Positions 48,568 to 56,886 of a stretch of DNA of 64,000 nucleotides are shown here, one piece after another; positions within the stretch are counted from its first letter, which is position 1, and each line of letters opens with the position of its first letter. The stretch covers positions 69,693 to 133,692 of the forward strand of contig JAOSJQ010000001.1 of NCBI GenBank assembly GCA_027494035.1. Reading direction: 5' to 3'. The position numbers were made by a program, and so were the translations under genes. Source of the DNA: Anaerolineales bacterium (lineage in GTDB: Bacteria > Chloroflexota > Anaerolineae > Anaerolineales > UBA4823). The notes beneath the pieces were generated by a model, which worked only from the letters and a program-made list of their open reading frames with translations, ran no database searches and had not been told where the DNA came from.

Positions 48568-49647
48568 CTAGGGATTGCGCAGCAGAACCTCGGCGATGCG
48601 CGCCGCCGCCCTCCCGTCCCAGAGCGGCGGGATTTGGCGCGCGCCTGGCTCGCCCTGGCGGGTGTGCGCGGCTGCCTCCAGAATCGCCTGTTTTTCGCTG
48701 GGGACTAACCGGTTAGTCCCCAACTCCAGCGTGATTGGACGCTCGGTGTTGGCGCGCAGCGTCAGGCACGGCACCCCGAGAAAAGTGGTTTCCTCCTGAA
48801 TGCCTCCGGAATCGGTCATCACGATGTCCGCCGCCTGCGTCAACGCCAGAAAATCCAGGTAGCCCAGCGGGTCCAGAAAGCGCACGCCGGGGGCTTCCAA
48901 CCCGAACTCCTGCATGCGCAGGCGGGTGCGCGGGTGGACCGGGAAAAGCACGGGTTGGCGCAAAGCCAGCTCGCTCAGCGCGCTCAGGATGCGCGCCAGC
49001 ACTTCGGGGTTATCGACGTTGGAGGGGCGGTGCAAGGTCACCAGGATGTAGCTCTTTTTCTCCAGCCCCAGATCGGACAAGACCGTCCGGAGGGCGGCGG
49101 CTGGCAGCATTTTCACCAGCGAGTCGATCATCACGTTGCCGACGAAATGAATTTTTTCGGGGGCGATCCCTTCGCGCAACAGGTTGGCGTCCCCGTCCTG
49201 CGACGGGGTGAACAGCAAATCCGCGAGCTGATCGGTCAGCAGCCGGTTGATCTCCTCGGGCATCTCGCGGTCGCCAGAACGCAGCCCCGCTTCCACATGC
49301 GCCACGCGCACATTCAGCTTTGCGCACACCAGCGCGCAAGCCACGGTCGAATTGACATCCCCGACCACCACGACCCAATCCGGCTTGCGGCGCAGCAGAA
49401 CCGGCTCGAACGCGATCATGATTTTCCCCGTCTGCTCAGCATGGCTGCCCGAACCAACCTGGAGGTATTCATCCGGCGTCGGCATCCCGAGATCCTCGAA
49501 GAACACTTGCGACATCTCGAAATCATAATGCTGTCCGGTGTGAACCAGCACCTGCTCCAGCGGCGACCCGCAATCCGCGAGCGCTTGCATGACGGGCGCA
49601 ACCTTCATGAAATTCGGGCGCGCCCCCGCGATGTGCATAATCTTCAT
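48568..49647 (-). CDS. wecB: UDP-N-acetylglucosamine 2-epimerase (non-hydrolysing)
   Basis: GARPNFMKVAPV, HVEAGLRS and TDSGGIQEE motifs. 359 aa. Confidence 0.9.
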   Translation of the reverse strand: MKIMHIAGARPNFMKVAPVMQALADCGSPLEQVLVHTGQHYDFEMSQVFFEDLGMPTPDEYLQVGSGSHAEQTGKIMIAFEPVLLRRKPDWVVVVGDVNSTVACALVCAKLNVRVAHVEAGLRSGDREMPEEINRLLTDQLADLLFTPSQDGDANLLREGIAPEKIHFVGNVMIDSLVKMLPAAALRTVLSDLGLEKKSYILVTLHRPSNVDNPEVLARILSALSELALRQPVLFPVHPRTRLRMQEFGLEAPGVRFLDPLGYLDFLALTQAADIVMTDSGGIQEETTFLGVPCLTLRANTERPITLELGTNRLVPSEKQAILEAAAHTRQGEPGARQIPPLWDGRAAARIAEVLLRNP

Positions 49648-49722
49648 TCTTGCATCCTCATCGATAAGCTGCCAGTCAAACCGCCAGCAGGCTTTCTAGC
49701 CGGGCTTTGCAATTGCCGGCGC

Positions 49723-50073
49723 TCAAGTTCCCGTGAACCGCCGAAAAAGCAGCAGCCCGCCCAGCGTAACCGCCCAGGCTGTGTATCCGAGACCGATCAG
49801 CGGCAGCAATTTCAGCCCCGCGCGCGACCCCAACCAGATCGCGACCACGAACGTCGCCGTCGGGATGATCCCGCTCAACATGCCGCGCGTGAATTCTTCC
49901 ATCGCCGCCGGCTCCCCGCGGGTCGAAGAATAAACAATCCACAACGCCAGCGGGATTGTCACCGGCATGGTCGCGGTCACTGCCGCGACCAGCTTGCTCT
50001 GTCTCTGCACAACCGCCACCGTGATGATCACCAGGATCGAAATCATGACCGGCAGAATTTCCGAAAGCTTCAT
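49723..50073 (-). CDS. four-TM membrane protein, unknown function (contains no His or Cys)
   Basis: The ATG at 50073 has SD AAAGGG. It lies 48 nt downstream of msrP on the same strand. Confidence 0.6.
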   Translation of the reverse strand: MKLSEILPVMISILVIITVAVVQRQSKLVAAVTATMPVTIPLALWIVYSSTRGEPAAMEEFTRGMLSGIIPTATFVVAIWLGSRAGLKLLPLIGLGYTAWAVTLGGLLLFRRFTGT

Positions 50074-50121
50074 AACAAAACCCTTTCTGGCAGCAGGCAT
50101 CCAGGCAGTCCCAAAGCGAGC

Positions 50122-51105
50122 TTAATAATCCACCTGAAGGTCCATCCCCTCATAAAGATGGGCGACCTGATCGGCGTAGCCGTTGAAGAGCAAAGTCGGG
50201 CGTTGTTTGCTTTCGCCGATCCGCCGCTCGCTGGCTTGTGACCAGCGCGGGTGATCCACCTTGGGGTTCACGTTGGCATAGAAACCGTATTCATGCGGCG
50301 CGATGGTCGTCCACAACGTTGCCGGCTGCGTTTCAACCAGCTCGATTTTCGCAATCGATTTGATGCTCTTGAAACCGTATTTCCAGGGTACCACCAGGCG
50401 GATCGGCGAGCCGTTCTGCGCTGGCATGGGTTTGCCGTACAAACCGGTCGCCAGGATGGTCAGGTCGTGCAGCGCTTCGTCCAGGCGCAGCCCTTCTTGA
50501 TACGGCCAGGGGTAGGAATGGTTCTTTAGCCCAGGCATCCGTTCAGGGTCGAAGACGGTTTCGAACCGGACAAATTTCGCGCTGGGCTTTGGCTCCACCA
50601 CCTCGAGCAGCTGCGCCAGCGGAAAACCCTGCCAGGGGATCACCATCGACCAGGCTTCGACACAGCGCATGCGGTAGATGCGCTGCTCCTGGGTGAACTG
50701 TTTTAATAGGTCTTCAATCCGGAACGTGTGCGGGTTGTTGACCAGCCCGTAGACCTCCACCTGCCAGGGGGAAGTTGGAAATTCTTGAGCCAGCTTTGCG
50801 ACGTCCCTTTTAGAGAATGTAAACTCGTAGAAATTATTGAAATTGGTGATCTGCTCAAAGCTGGTCAGCGCATCGCCCGGCTCATCCGTTGGATTGATTT
50901 CCCCTTGAACGGCGGTCTCAGTCACGGCAGGCAGCGCGGCGCCGGTTGGGCTTGCCGGTGGACTCCCTCCGCAGGCTGCCAGAAAAGCGCCCGCCCCCGC
51001 GATCCCCAACGATTTCAGGAACCCCCGCCGGTTGAGATAAACATGCTCCGGCGTGATCTCGGACGGGTGAACCCCGGTTGTGCGGCAATCGAACTTTTCA
51101 GCCAT
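50122..51105 (-). CDS. msrP: protein-methionine-sulfoxide reductase catalytic subunit MsrP (YedY-type molybdoenzyme)
   Basis: Tat-like signal (NRRGFLKSLGIAGAGAFLAAC). Core matches: FYEF, YRMRCVEAWSMVIPWQGFPL, NGSPIRLVVPWKYGFKSIKSI, HPRWSQASERRIG. The start may be the GTG at 51117. Confidence 0.88.
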   Translation of the reverse strand: MAEKFDCRTTGVHPSEITPEHVYLNRRGFLKSLGIAGAGAFLAACGGSPPASPTGAALPAVTETAVQGEINPTDEPGDALTSFEQITNFNNFYEFTFSKRDVAKLAQEFPTSPWQVEVYGLVNNPHTFRIEDLLKQFTQEQRIYRMRCVEAWSMVIPWQGFPLAQLLEVVEPKPSAKFVRFETVFDPERMPGLKNHSYPWPYQEGLRLDEALHDLTILATGLYGKPMPAQNGSPIRLVVPWKYGFKSIKSIAKIELVETQPATLWTTIAPHEYGFYANVNPKVDHPRWSQASERRIGESKQRPTLLFNGYADQVAHLYEGMDLQVDY

Positions 51106-51220
51106 TATCCACTTCACGCTCCAATAACCACAAGTAAGTCAGCCCGCAGATATCGGCGATACCGAACGAACCAAGATGGAATTTTAACCGATTATGCCGC
51201 CAGAATAATGGCGCAAATAT

Positions 51221-51256
51221 AAAAAAGCGTCCAGACAGCAATCTAGTCTGGAACGC
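51221..51256 (-). terminator. rho-independent terminator-like hairpin on the minus strand, upstream of msrP
   Basis: On the minus strand: GCGTTCCAGAC, 9-nt loop, GTCTGGACGC (10 bp with one bulged A), followed by TTTTTT. Confidence 0.55.
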
Positions 51257-51341
51257 GGCTTTGAATCCTGCTCGCGCTTGCCCATCCTGATCGGCAGTGC
51301 TAAACTTTCGGTATTCGTTTCCGCAGGAAGAGAACGCGCAG

Positions 51342-51740
51342 ATGCAGTCAATCTCCCCATTGGATGTCGCCTTGCCTGGAGTTGCCCTAAAAACAGCAGT
51401 CTTGGGCGCCCTGGCGTTGGTGATGATTTTCATCCTCGTCGTGTTTGTCGAATCGGTGGTATTACAGCTCATCGGGTGGGGGAACCTGCGCGAATCGCTG
51501 CGAGGCGCTTTCTGGATGAACCTGGCTTCCACAGCGGCGGGTTTTCTGCTGCTGGTGGCAGTCAACCGCCTGGCAGTGTTTGGCTTGATTCTATCCTGGG
51601 CTTGCTCCGTCCTGATCGAAGGTCTCGTTCTGCGCAGGTTTTGGCGCCAAAAAAAGCCCTCCCATTGGTACGCCGCATTATCAGCCAACCTGGTCAGCTA
51701 TCTGCTGCTGATCGTGCCGGCGTATCTTTTTCGGGGCTGA
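51342..51740 (+). CDS. hypothetical membrane protein
   Basis: Four hydrophobic helices. The start at 51342 is preceded by AGGAAG, and the alternative at 51297 is less likely. Confidence 0.5.
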   Translation: MQSISPLDVALPGVALKTAVLGALALVMIFILVVFVESVVLQLIGWGNLRESLRGAFWMNLASTAAGFLLLVAVNRLAVFGLILSWACSVLIEGLVLRRFWRQKKPSHWYAALSANLVSYLLLIVPAYLFRG

Positions 51741-51848
51741 ATGGATCGCAAGAAATGCCGCAATGTTATAATTTTAAATCCAGCAAAGTGCGGATCATCT
51801 CAGGATTCAAGATTCCACTTCTAACCCCTGGGCAAAATAAGGTGCAGT

Positions 51849-53804
51849 GTGGCAACGCATTTTGAATTTGGCGGCGAAATCGTCTGGACGCCAACGATAA
51901 ACGATATCGAGCAGGCTAATCTGACTCGATTTATGCATCTGCACGGAATAGCGGATTTTTCCGAGTTGATGCTGCGCTCGACGCAAGACGTCGCCTGGTT
52001 CACGGACGCCGTGTTGAAATTCTTGGACATCCAGTTTTATCAACCCTACAGCCAGGTGCTCGATCTCAGCCGCGGCAAACCCTGGCCGCGCTGGTGCGTC
52101 GACGGGAAGATGAACATCGTCCACAACTGCCTGGATAAATACATCAATACACCCAAAGCGGCTGAAACCGCCCTGATTTGGGAGGGCGAAGAAGGCGCCG
52201 TCCGCAAGCTGACTTACCAGCAACTCCACCGGTTGGTGAACCAGACCGCCAACGCCCTGAAATCGCTCAGCATCGAGAAGGGGGATGTCGTAGGCATCTT
52301 TATGCCGATGACGCCGGAGATCGTGGCAGCCATGCTGGCAACGGCGAAACTTGGGGCGGTGATCCTGCCCTTGTTTTCGGGCTTTGGACCTGGCGCGATC
52401 TCATCCCGCATGAACGACGCCAGCGCCAGGTTCTTGTTCACCGCCGACGGGTTTTTCCGGCGCGGCAAGCCCGTTCCATTGAAGCCCATTACCGACGAAG
52501 CTGCCCTCGATATACCTTCCCTAAAACACATGATCGTGTTAAACCGCATCGGCTTGGCGGTCAACCTGCAACCCGAACGCGACCTGAGATGGGACGACCT
52601 TATCCCTTCCCAATCCGATCAATGCCCTACGCTCGAAACCGGCGCCGAAGATACCCTGATGATCATCTACACCTCGGGGACAACCGGTCAGCCAAAAGGC
52701 GCCGTTCACACCCACTGCGGTTTTCCAATCAAAGCGGCTCAAGACATGGCGTTTGGCACAGATGTCCATCCGGGGGACATCATCTACTGGCTCACCGATA
52801 TGGGGTGGATGATGGGTCCTTGGCTGGTGTTTGGCGCTTTGCTCTTGGGCGCCACAATGGTGCTTTACGATGGCGCTCCGGATTATCCAACGGTCGACCG
52901 CATCTGGGATCTGACATCGCGCCACCGCGAGAACATCCTGGGCATTTCGCCTACCCTGGTGCGCGCCCTGATACCATACGGTCTCGACCCGGTGCGGAAG
53001 CACGATCTTTCGGCGCTGCGCCGCTTCGCCTCTACCGGCGAGCCCTGGAACCCCGATCCCTGGTTGTGGCTGTTCAATGAGGTGGGTCAGGGCAAGCGCC
53101 CGATTATCAACTATTCGGGCGGCACGGAAATATCCGGCGGGATCGTGATGGGCAACCCGATCCAGCCGCTCAAACCCTGCGCGTTTACCGGTCCATGCCC
53201 AGGGATAGCCGCAGATGTATTCGACGAGGAGGGTAACTCGGTGATAAACCAGGTGGGCGAACTGGTGATCAAAGAACCCTGGATTGGGATGACGCGCGGT
53301 TTCTGGAAAGACCCGCAACGCTACCTGGATACTTACTGGTCGCGCTTCCCAGATGTGTGGGTGCATGGCGATTTTGCCGCCGTGGATGAAGATGGGCAAT
53401 GGTACATCCTGGGTCGCTCGGATGATATGATCAAAGTGGCGGGCAAGCGCCTCGGACCGGCTGAAGTCGAATCGGTGGTTGTCGCTCATCCGCTGGTGAT
53501 CGAAGCCGCGGCGATCGCAGTGCCAGATGAGATCAAAGGCAATGCCGTGGTCGTTTTCTGTGTGCCAACTTGCGAACCCGCACGTTACCCTGTCCTTCGC
53601 CAGGAGTTGACAGAGATGCTGGCAAAAGCGCTTGGCAAACCGTTAGCGCCCAAAGAGATCCTGTTTGTGAGCGACCTGCCCAAGACGCGCAACGCCAAGG
53701 TGATGCGCCGTATGATCCGGTCCGCCTATCTGAACCAGGACCCCGGCGATATCTCTTCGCTCGTGAACCCCGAGGCTGTTGAAGAAATCCGCCATGCGAC
53801 ATAA
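51849..53804 (+). CDS. AMP-forming acyl-CoA/acetyl-CoA synthetase family protein
   Basis: 651 aa. YTSGTTGQPKG AMP-binding motif, acetyl-CoA-synthetase-like N-terminal region, C-terminal LPKTRNAKVMRR. Confidence 0.88.
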   Translation: MATHFEFGGEIVWTPTINDIEQANLTRFMHLHGIADFSELMLRSTQDVAWFTDAVLKFLDIQFYQPYSQVLDLSRGKPWPRWCVDGKMNIVHNCLDKYINTPKAAETALIWEGEEGAVRKLTYQQLHRLVNQTANALKSLSIEKGDVVGIFMPMTPEIVAAMLATAKLGAVILPLFSGFGPGAISSRMNDASARFLFTADGFFRRGKPVPLKPITDEAALDIPSLKHMIVLNRIGLAVNLQPERDLRWDDLIPSQSDQCPTLETGAEDTLMIIYTSGTTGQPKGAVHTHCGFPIKAAQDMAFGTDVHPGDIIYWLTDMGWMMGPWLVFGALLLGATMVLYDGAPDYPTVDRIWDLTSRHRENILGISPTLVRALIPYGLDPVRKHDLSALRRFASTGEPWNPDPWLWLFNEVGQGKRPIINYSGGTEISGGIVMGNPIQPLKPCAFTGPCPGIAADVFDEEGNSVINQVGELVIKEPWIGMTRGFWKDPQRYLDTYWSRFPDVWVHGDFAAVDEDGQWYILGRSDDMIKVAGKRLGPAEVESVVVAHPLVIEAAAIAVPDEIKGNAVVVFCVPTCEPARYPVLRQELTEMLAKALGKPLAPKEILFVSDLPKTRNAKVMRRMIRSAYLNQDPGDISSLVNPEAVEEIRHAT

Positions 53805-53837
53805 ACACCGCGCAATCGGCAGCCGAAAGGCGCCGCG

Positions 53838-54773
53838 TTGATCCTGGTAACCGGCGGGACCGGCTTTATCGGCGGCGCTTTAATTCGTCACCTGGTCGAA
53901 ATGCAGCTTCCAGTGCGCACGTTGATCCGCCCATCGAAGCGCTCGCCAAAGCTCCCGCGCGGCGTGCCGGTGAACGCCGCCGTGAGCAGCCTGAACGATG
54001 AGCGTGGTCTGCGCGCGGCAATGGTCGGCGTCGACGTTATCTTTCATCTGGCAAGCGGTGAATGGCGCGGCACACAGGCTGACCTGGCGCAAACGGATAT
54101 TCAGGGAACCAGAACGCTGATCAGCGCGGCTGAGGACGCGGGCGTGAAACGCATCTTTTTCATTTCACATCTCGGAGCCGACCGCGCTTCAGCCTATCCG
54201 GTCTTAAAAACCAAAGGAATCGTGGAAGAATTTATCCGCCGCAGCAGCCTAGAGTACACGATTCTGCGCACAAGCATTGTTTATGGGCAAAACGACAGCT
54301 TTACAACCGGTCTGGCGCGCCTGATGGGCGCGCTGCCTTTCGTCTTCTTTGTACCAGGCGATGGGAGCGTATTGCTGCAACCCTTGTGGGTGGAGGATCT
54401 GGTCACCTGCCTGACCTGGTGTCTGGACGATCCAGAAACGATCAACCATGTTTACGATATCGGCGGCCCGGAGTATCTGTCGTTCAAGCAAATTGCCCAC
54501 CTGGTGGCTCAATCCGCAGGCATGAAACGACTGCTGATTAATTTCCCCTTCGCATACCTGCGCGGGTTGACGGTCTTTCTCGCGCATTTTCTGCCCAACC
54601 TGCCCGTTTCGGTTTATTGGCTGGACTATATGGCGGTCAACCGCACCACCGCGCTGGATACCTTACCGCGCGTTTTCAATCTAATGCCTGCCCGCATGAT
54701 CACGCACCTGTCCTATTTACGGGACCAAAACTGGACCCTTTCATTCGGTCGCCGAATCGTTGAAAGAACCTGA
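53838..54773 (+). CDS. NAD(P)H-binding SDR-family protein (NmrA / complex I NDUFA9-like)
   Basis: ILVTGGTGFIGGAL Rossmann motif. TTG start. 311 aa. Confidence 0.8.
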   Translation: MILVTGGTGFIGGALIRHLVEMQLPVRTLIRPSKRSPKLPRGVPVNAAVSSLNDERGLRAAMVGVDVIFHLASGEWRGTQADLAQTDIQGTRTLISAAEDAGVKRIFFISHLGADRASAYPVLKTKGIVEEFIRRSSLEYTILRTSIVYGQNDSFTTGLARLMGALPFVFFVPGDGSVLLQPLWVEDLVTCLTWCLDDPETINHVYDIGGPEYLSFKQIAHLVAQSAGMKRLLINFPFAYLRGLTVFLAHFLPNLPVSVYWLDYMAVNRTTALDTLPRVFNLMPARMITHLSYLRDQNWTLSFGRRIVERT

Positions 54774-54775
54774 CC

Positions 54776-55741
54776 ATGGCGAACATCGTCCTGCGCATCA
54801 TCGAAACCCCACAAGAGCTTGCTGACGTTGAGCTTCTGCAGCGCGCGATCTGGCTCGATTCGGATATCGAGGTAATTCCAGTCCACCTGCTGCTGGCTTC
54901 GGTGCGCAACGGCGGTCTGATCATCGGCGCTTATGAACCCACGCCGCAACCTGGTTCGCCTAAAACTGAAGCTGCTGAGCCTGCTAAAATTCCTCAACCG
55001 CCCCAAGCAGCTAAAACAGCAACCCCGATTGGTTTCGTGTTCAGTTTTCCGGGAGTTTACGACACGGCAGACGGCTTGCGCATCAAGCATCACTCGCACA
55101 ATCTTGGCGTTCTTCCCTCACATGAAGACCGCGGGGTTGGTTTTTTGTTGAAGCGCGCTCAATGGCAAATGGTGCGTCGCCAGGGAATAGACCGAATTAC
55201 CTGGACTTATGATCCGCTGCTCAGCCGCAATGCTCACCTCAACATCTCCCGCCTGGGAGCGGTGTGCGACACCTATTTTCCGAATTTTTACGGAGAGTTG
55301 CGCGATGGGTTGAATGTCGGCTTCCCTTCGGATCGGTTTCAGGTGGACTGGTGGATCGCCTCCAAAAGGGTAGCCCGACGGCTGAGCAAGCGACCGCGTT
55401 TAAAGCTCGATTTGGCGCATTACCTGGCAGCCGACACCCCGATTCTCAACCCATCTAAAATCGAGGCGGACGGACTGCCGCACCCGCATGATCAACCGGC
55501 TGCTGATGTCGTTGCCAACATACAGCAGGATCAATGCCCACTCTTGCTGCTTGAAATCCCGTCCGATTTCGCGGCGCTTAAAGCAGTCGATCCAGACCTA
55601 GCTTTAAAATGGCGGCTGCATTCCCGAGCGCTCTTTCTGGCGCTATTCGAGCTTGGCTACCTTGTCACCGACTTTATTCACCTGAAAGGCGCCTTTCCAC
55701 GCAGTTTTTACGTTTTGAGTCACGGAGATAGCACACTATGA
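54776..55741 (+). CDS. GNAT-like acyltransferase-fold protein with a Pro-rich insert
   Basis: LGVLPSHEDRGVGFLLKRAQW resembles the GNAT acyl-CoA-binding segment. The stop overlaps the start of the downstream enolase-superfamily gene (ATGA). Confidence 0.6.
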   Translation: MANIVLRIIETPQELADVELLQRAIWLDSDIEVIPVHLLLASVRNGGLIIGAYEPTPQPGSPKTEAAEPAKIPQPPQAAKTATPIGFVFSFPGVYDTADGLRIKHHSHNLGVLPSHEDRGVGFLLKRAQWQMVRRQGIDRITWTYDPLLSRNAHLNISRLGAVCDTYFPNFYGELRDGLNVGFPSDRFQVDWWIASKRVARRLSKRPRLKLDLAHYLAADTPILNPSKIEADGLPHPHDQPAADVVANIQQDQCPLLLLEIPSDFAALKAVDPDLALKWRLHSRALFLALFELGYLVTDFIHLKGAFPRSFYVLSHGDSTL

Positions 55742-56856
55742 TCATTGACACTGTTACGCTTTATCACGTCCGCATGCCCTTGCGCAATCCTTTTGAAACC
55801 TCATTTGGCAGGATCGATACCCGAGATTGCCTGCTGATTGAAATTCAATCCGAAGGGCTGACCGGTTATGGGGAGTGCGTAGCCGATCGCGATCCGGGTT
55901 ACTCCTACGAGACCGCCCAGACCGCCTGGCATATCCTCAGCGATTTCATCCTCCCAGGTTTGATCGGCAGCGCTGTCGCAGATCCAGCAGACTTGCAGCT
56001 CCGCATGGCTGGGGTGCGTGGACATCAGATGGCTAAAGCGGGTTTGGAAATGGCGGTTTGGGATTTACTGGGTAAGCGCCAGGGTCTCTCGCTGCAAAAA
56101 TTATTGGGCGGCGTACAGCCGCGGGTGGATGTAGGCGTCTCGGTAGGGCTGCAGGAAACGCCGGAGGCGCTCCTCCAGGTGGTGGAAGGCTATCTGGATC
56201 AGGGCTATCGCCGCATCAAGATTAAGATCAAGCCGGGAAGAGACGTGAACGACACCCGGATCGTCCGGCAGCATTACCCCGAGTTGCGGCTGCAGGTAGA
56301 CGCGAACTCCGCGTACCGCCTTGAAACAGCCAGCAGCTTACTCCCATTGGACGATCTGAATTTGCTCTTGATCGAGCAGCCCCTGGCTGAGGACGACCTT
56401 TGGGATCACAGCCAGCTCCAGCGCCAGTTCAAAACGCCGCTCTGCCTGGACGAGAGCATCCTTTCAGCCCGTCATGCCCGGCAGGCAATCGAAATGGGGG
56501 CTTGCCGGATTATCAATATCAAGACCGGGCGCGTGGGCGGGCTGCGCGAAGCGCTGCTCATCCATAACCTTTGCCAATCGCTCAATATTCCGGTTTGGTG
56601 TGGAGGGATGCTGGAAACAGGCGTCGGGCGCGCGGCAAACCTGGCGGTGGCGTCGTTACCGGGGTTCACCTTGCCCGGCGATATTTCCGCCACGGAGCGC
56701 TATTACCAACAAGACATCACTGAAGAGCGTTTCGACTTGAACGAGGACAGCACGATTGACGTCCCGCAGGCGCCTGGTTTGGGCGTTCAAATCGAGCCGC
56801 AGGCGTTGAAACGCTTCACGCTTCGCAGTGAAAAGTTTTCAACCAGAGCAGCTTAG
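55738..56856 (+). CDS. o-succinylbenzoate synthase / N-acylamino acid racemase family (enolase superfamily)
   Basis: 372 aa. KIKIKPG, QVDANSAY, LIEQPL, CLDESI and NIKTGRVGG blocks are typical of the OSBS/NSAR subgroup. Confidence 0.85.
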   Translation: MIIDTVTLYHVRMPLRNPFETSFGRIDTRDCLLIEIQSEGLTGYGECVADRDPGYSYETAQTAWHILSDFILPGLIGSAVADPADLQLRMAGVRGHQMAKAGLEMAVWDLLGKRQGLSLQKLLGGVQPRVDVGVSVGLQETPEALLQVVEGYLDQGYRRIKIKIKPGRDVNDTRIVRQHYPELRLQVDANSAYRLETASSLLPLDDLNLLLIEQPLAEDDLWDHSQLQRQFKTPLCLDESILSARHARQAIEMGACRIINIKTGRVGGLREALLIHNLCQSLNIPVWCGGMLETGVGRAANLAVASLPGFTLPGDISATERYYQQDITEERFDLNEDSTIDVPQAPGLGVQIEPQALKRFTLRSEKFSTRAA

Positions 56857-56886
56857 AAGATCTCTAGGTTCTGCCAGACGCGTCGC

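Noticed and set aside
51098-51688. 196-aa minus-strand ORF that would give the orphan terminator at 51221-51256 a gene to terminate.
   Set aside because: - The translation looks non-protein-like (Arg/Thr/Ala-rich, no motif).
- It would read through the terminator and into the msrP start.
- The plus-strand membrane protein at 51342-51740 is more plausible.
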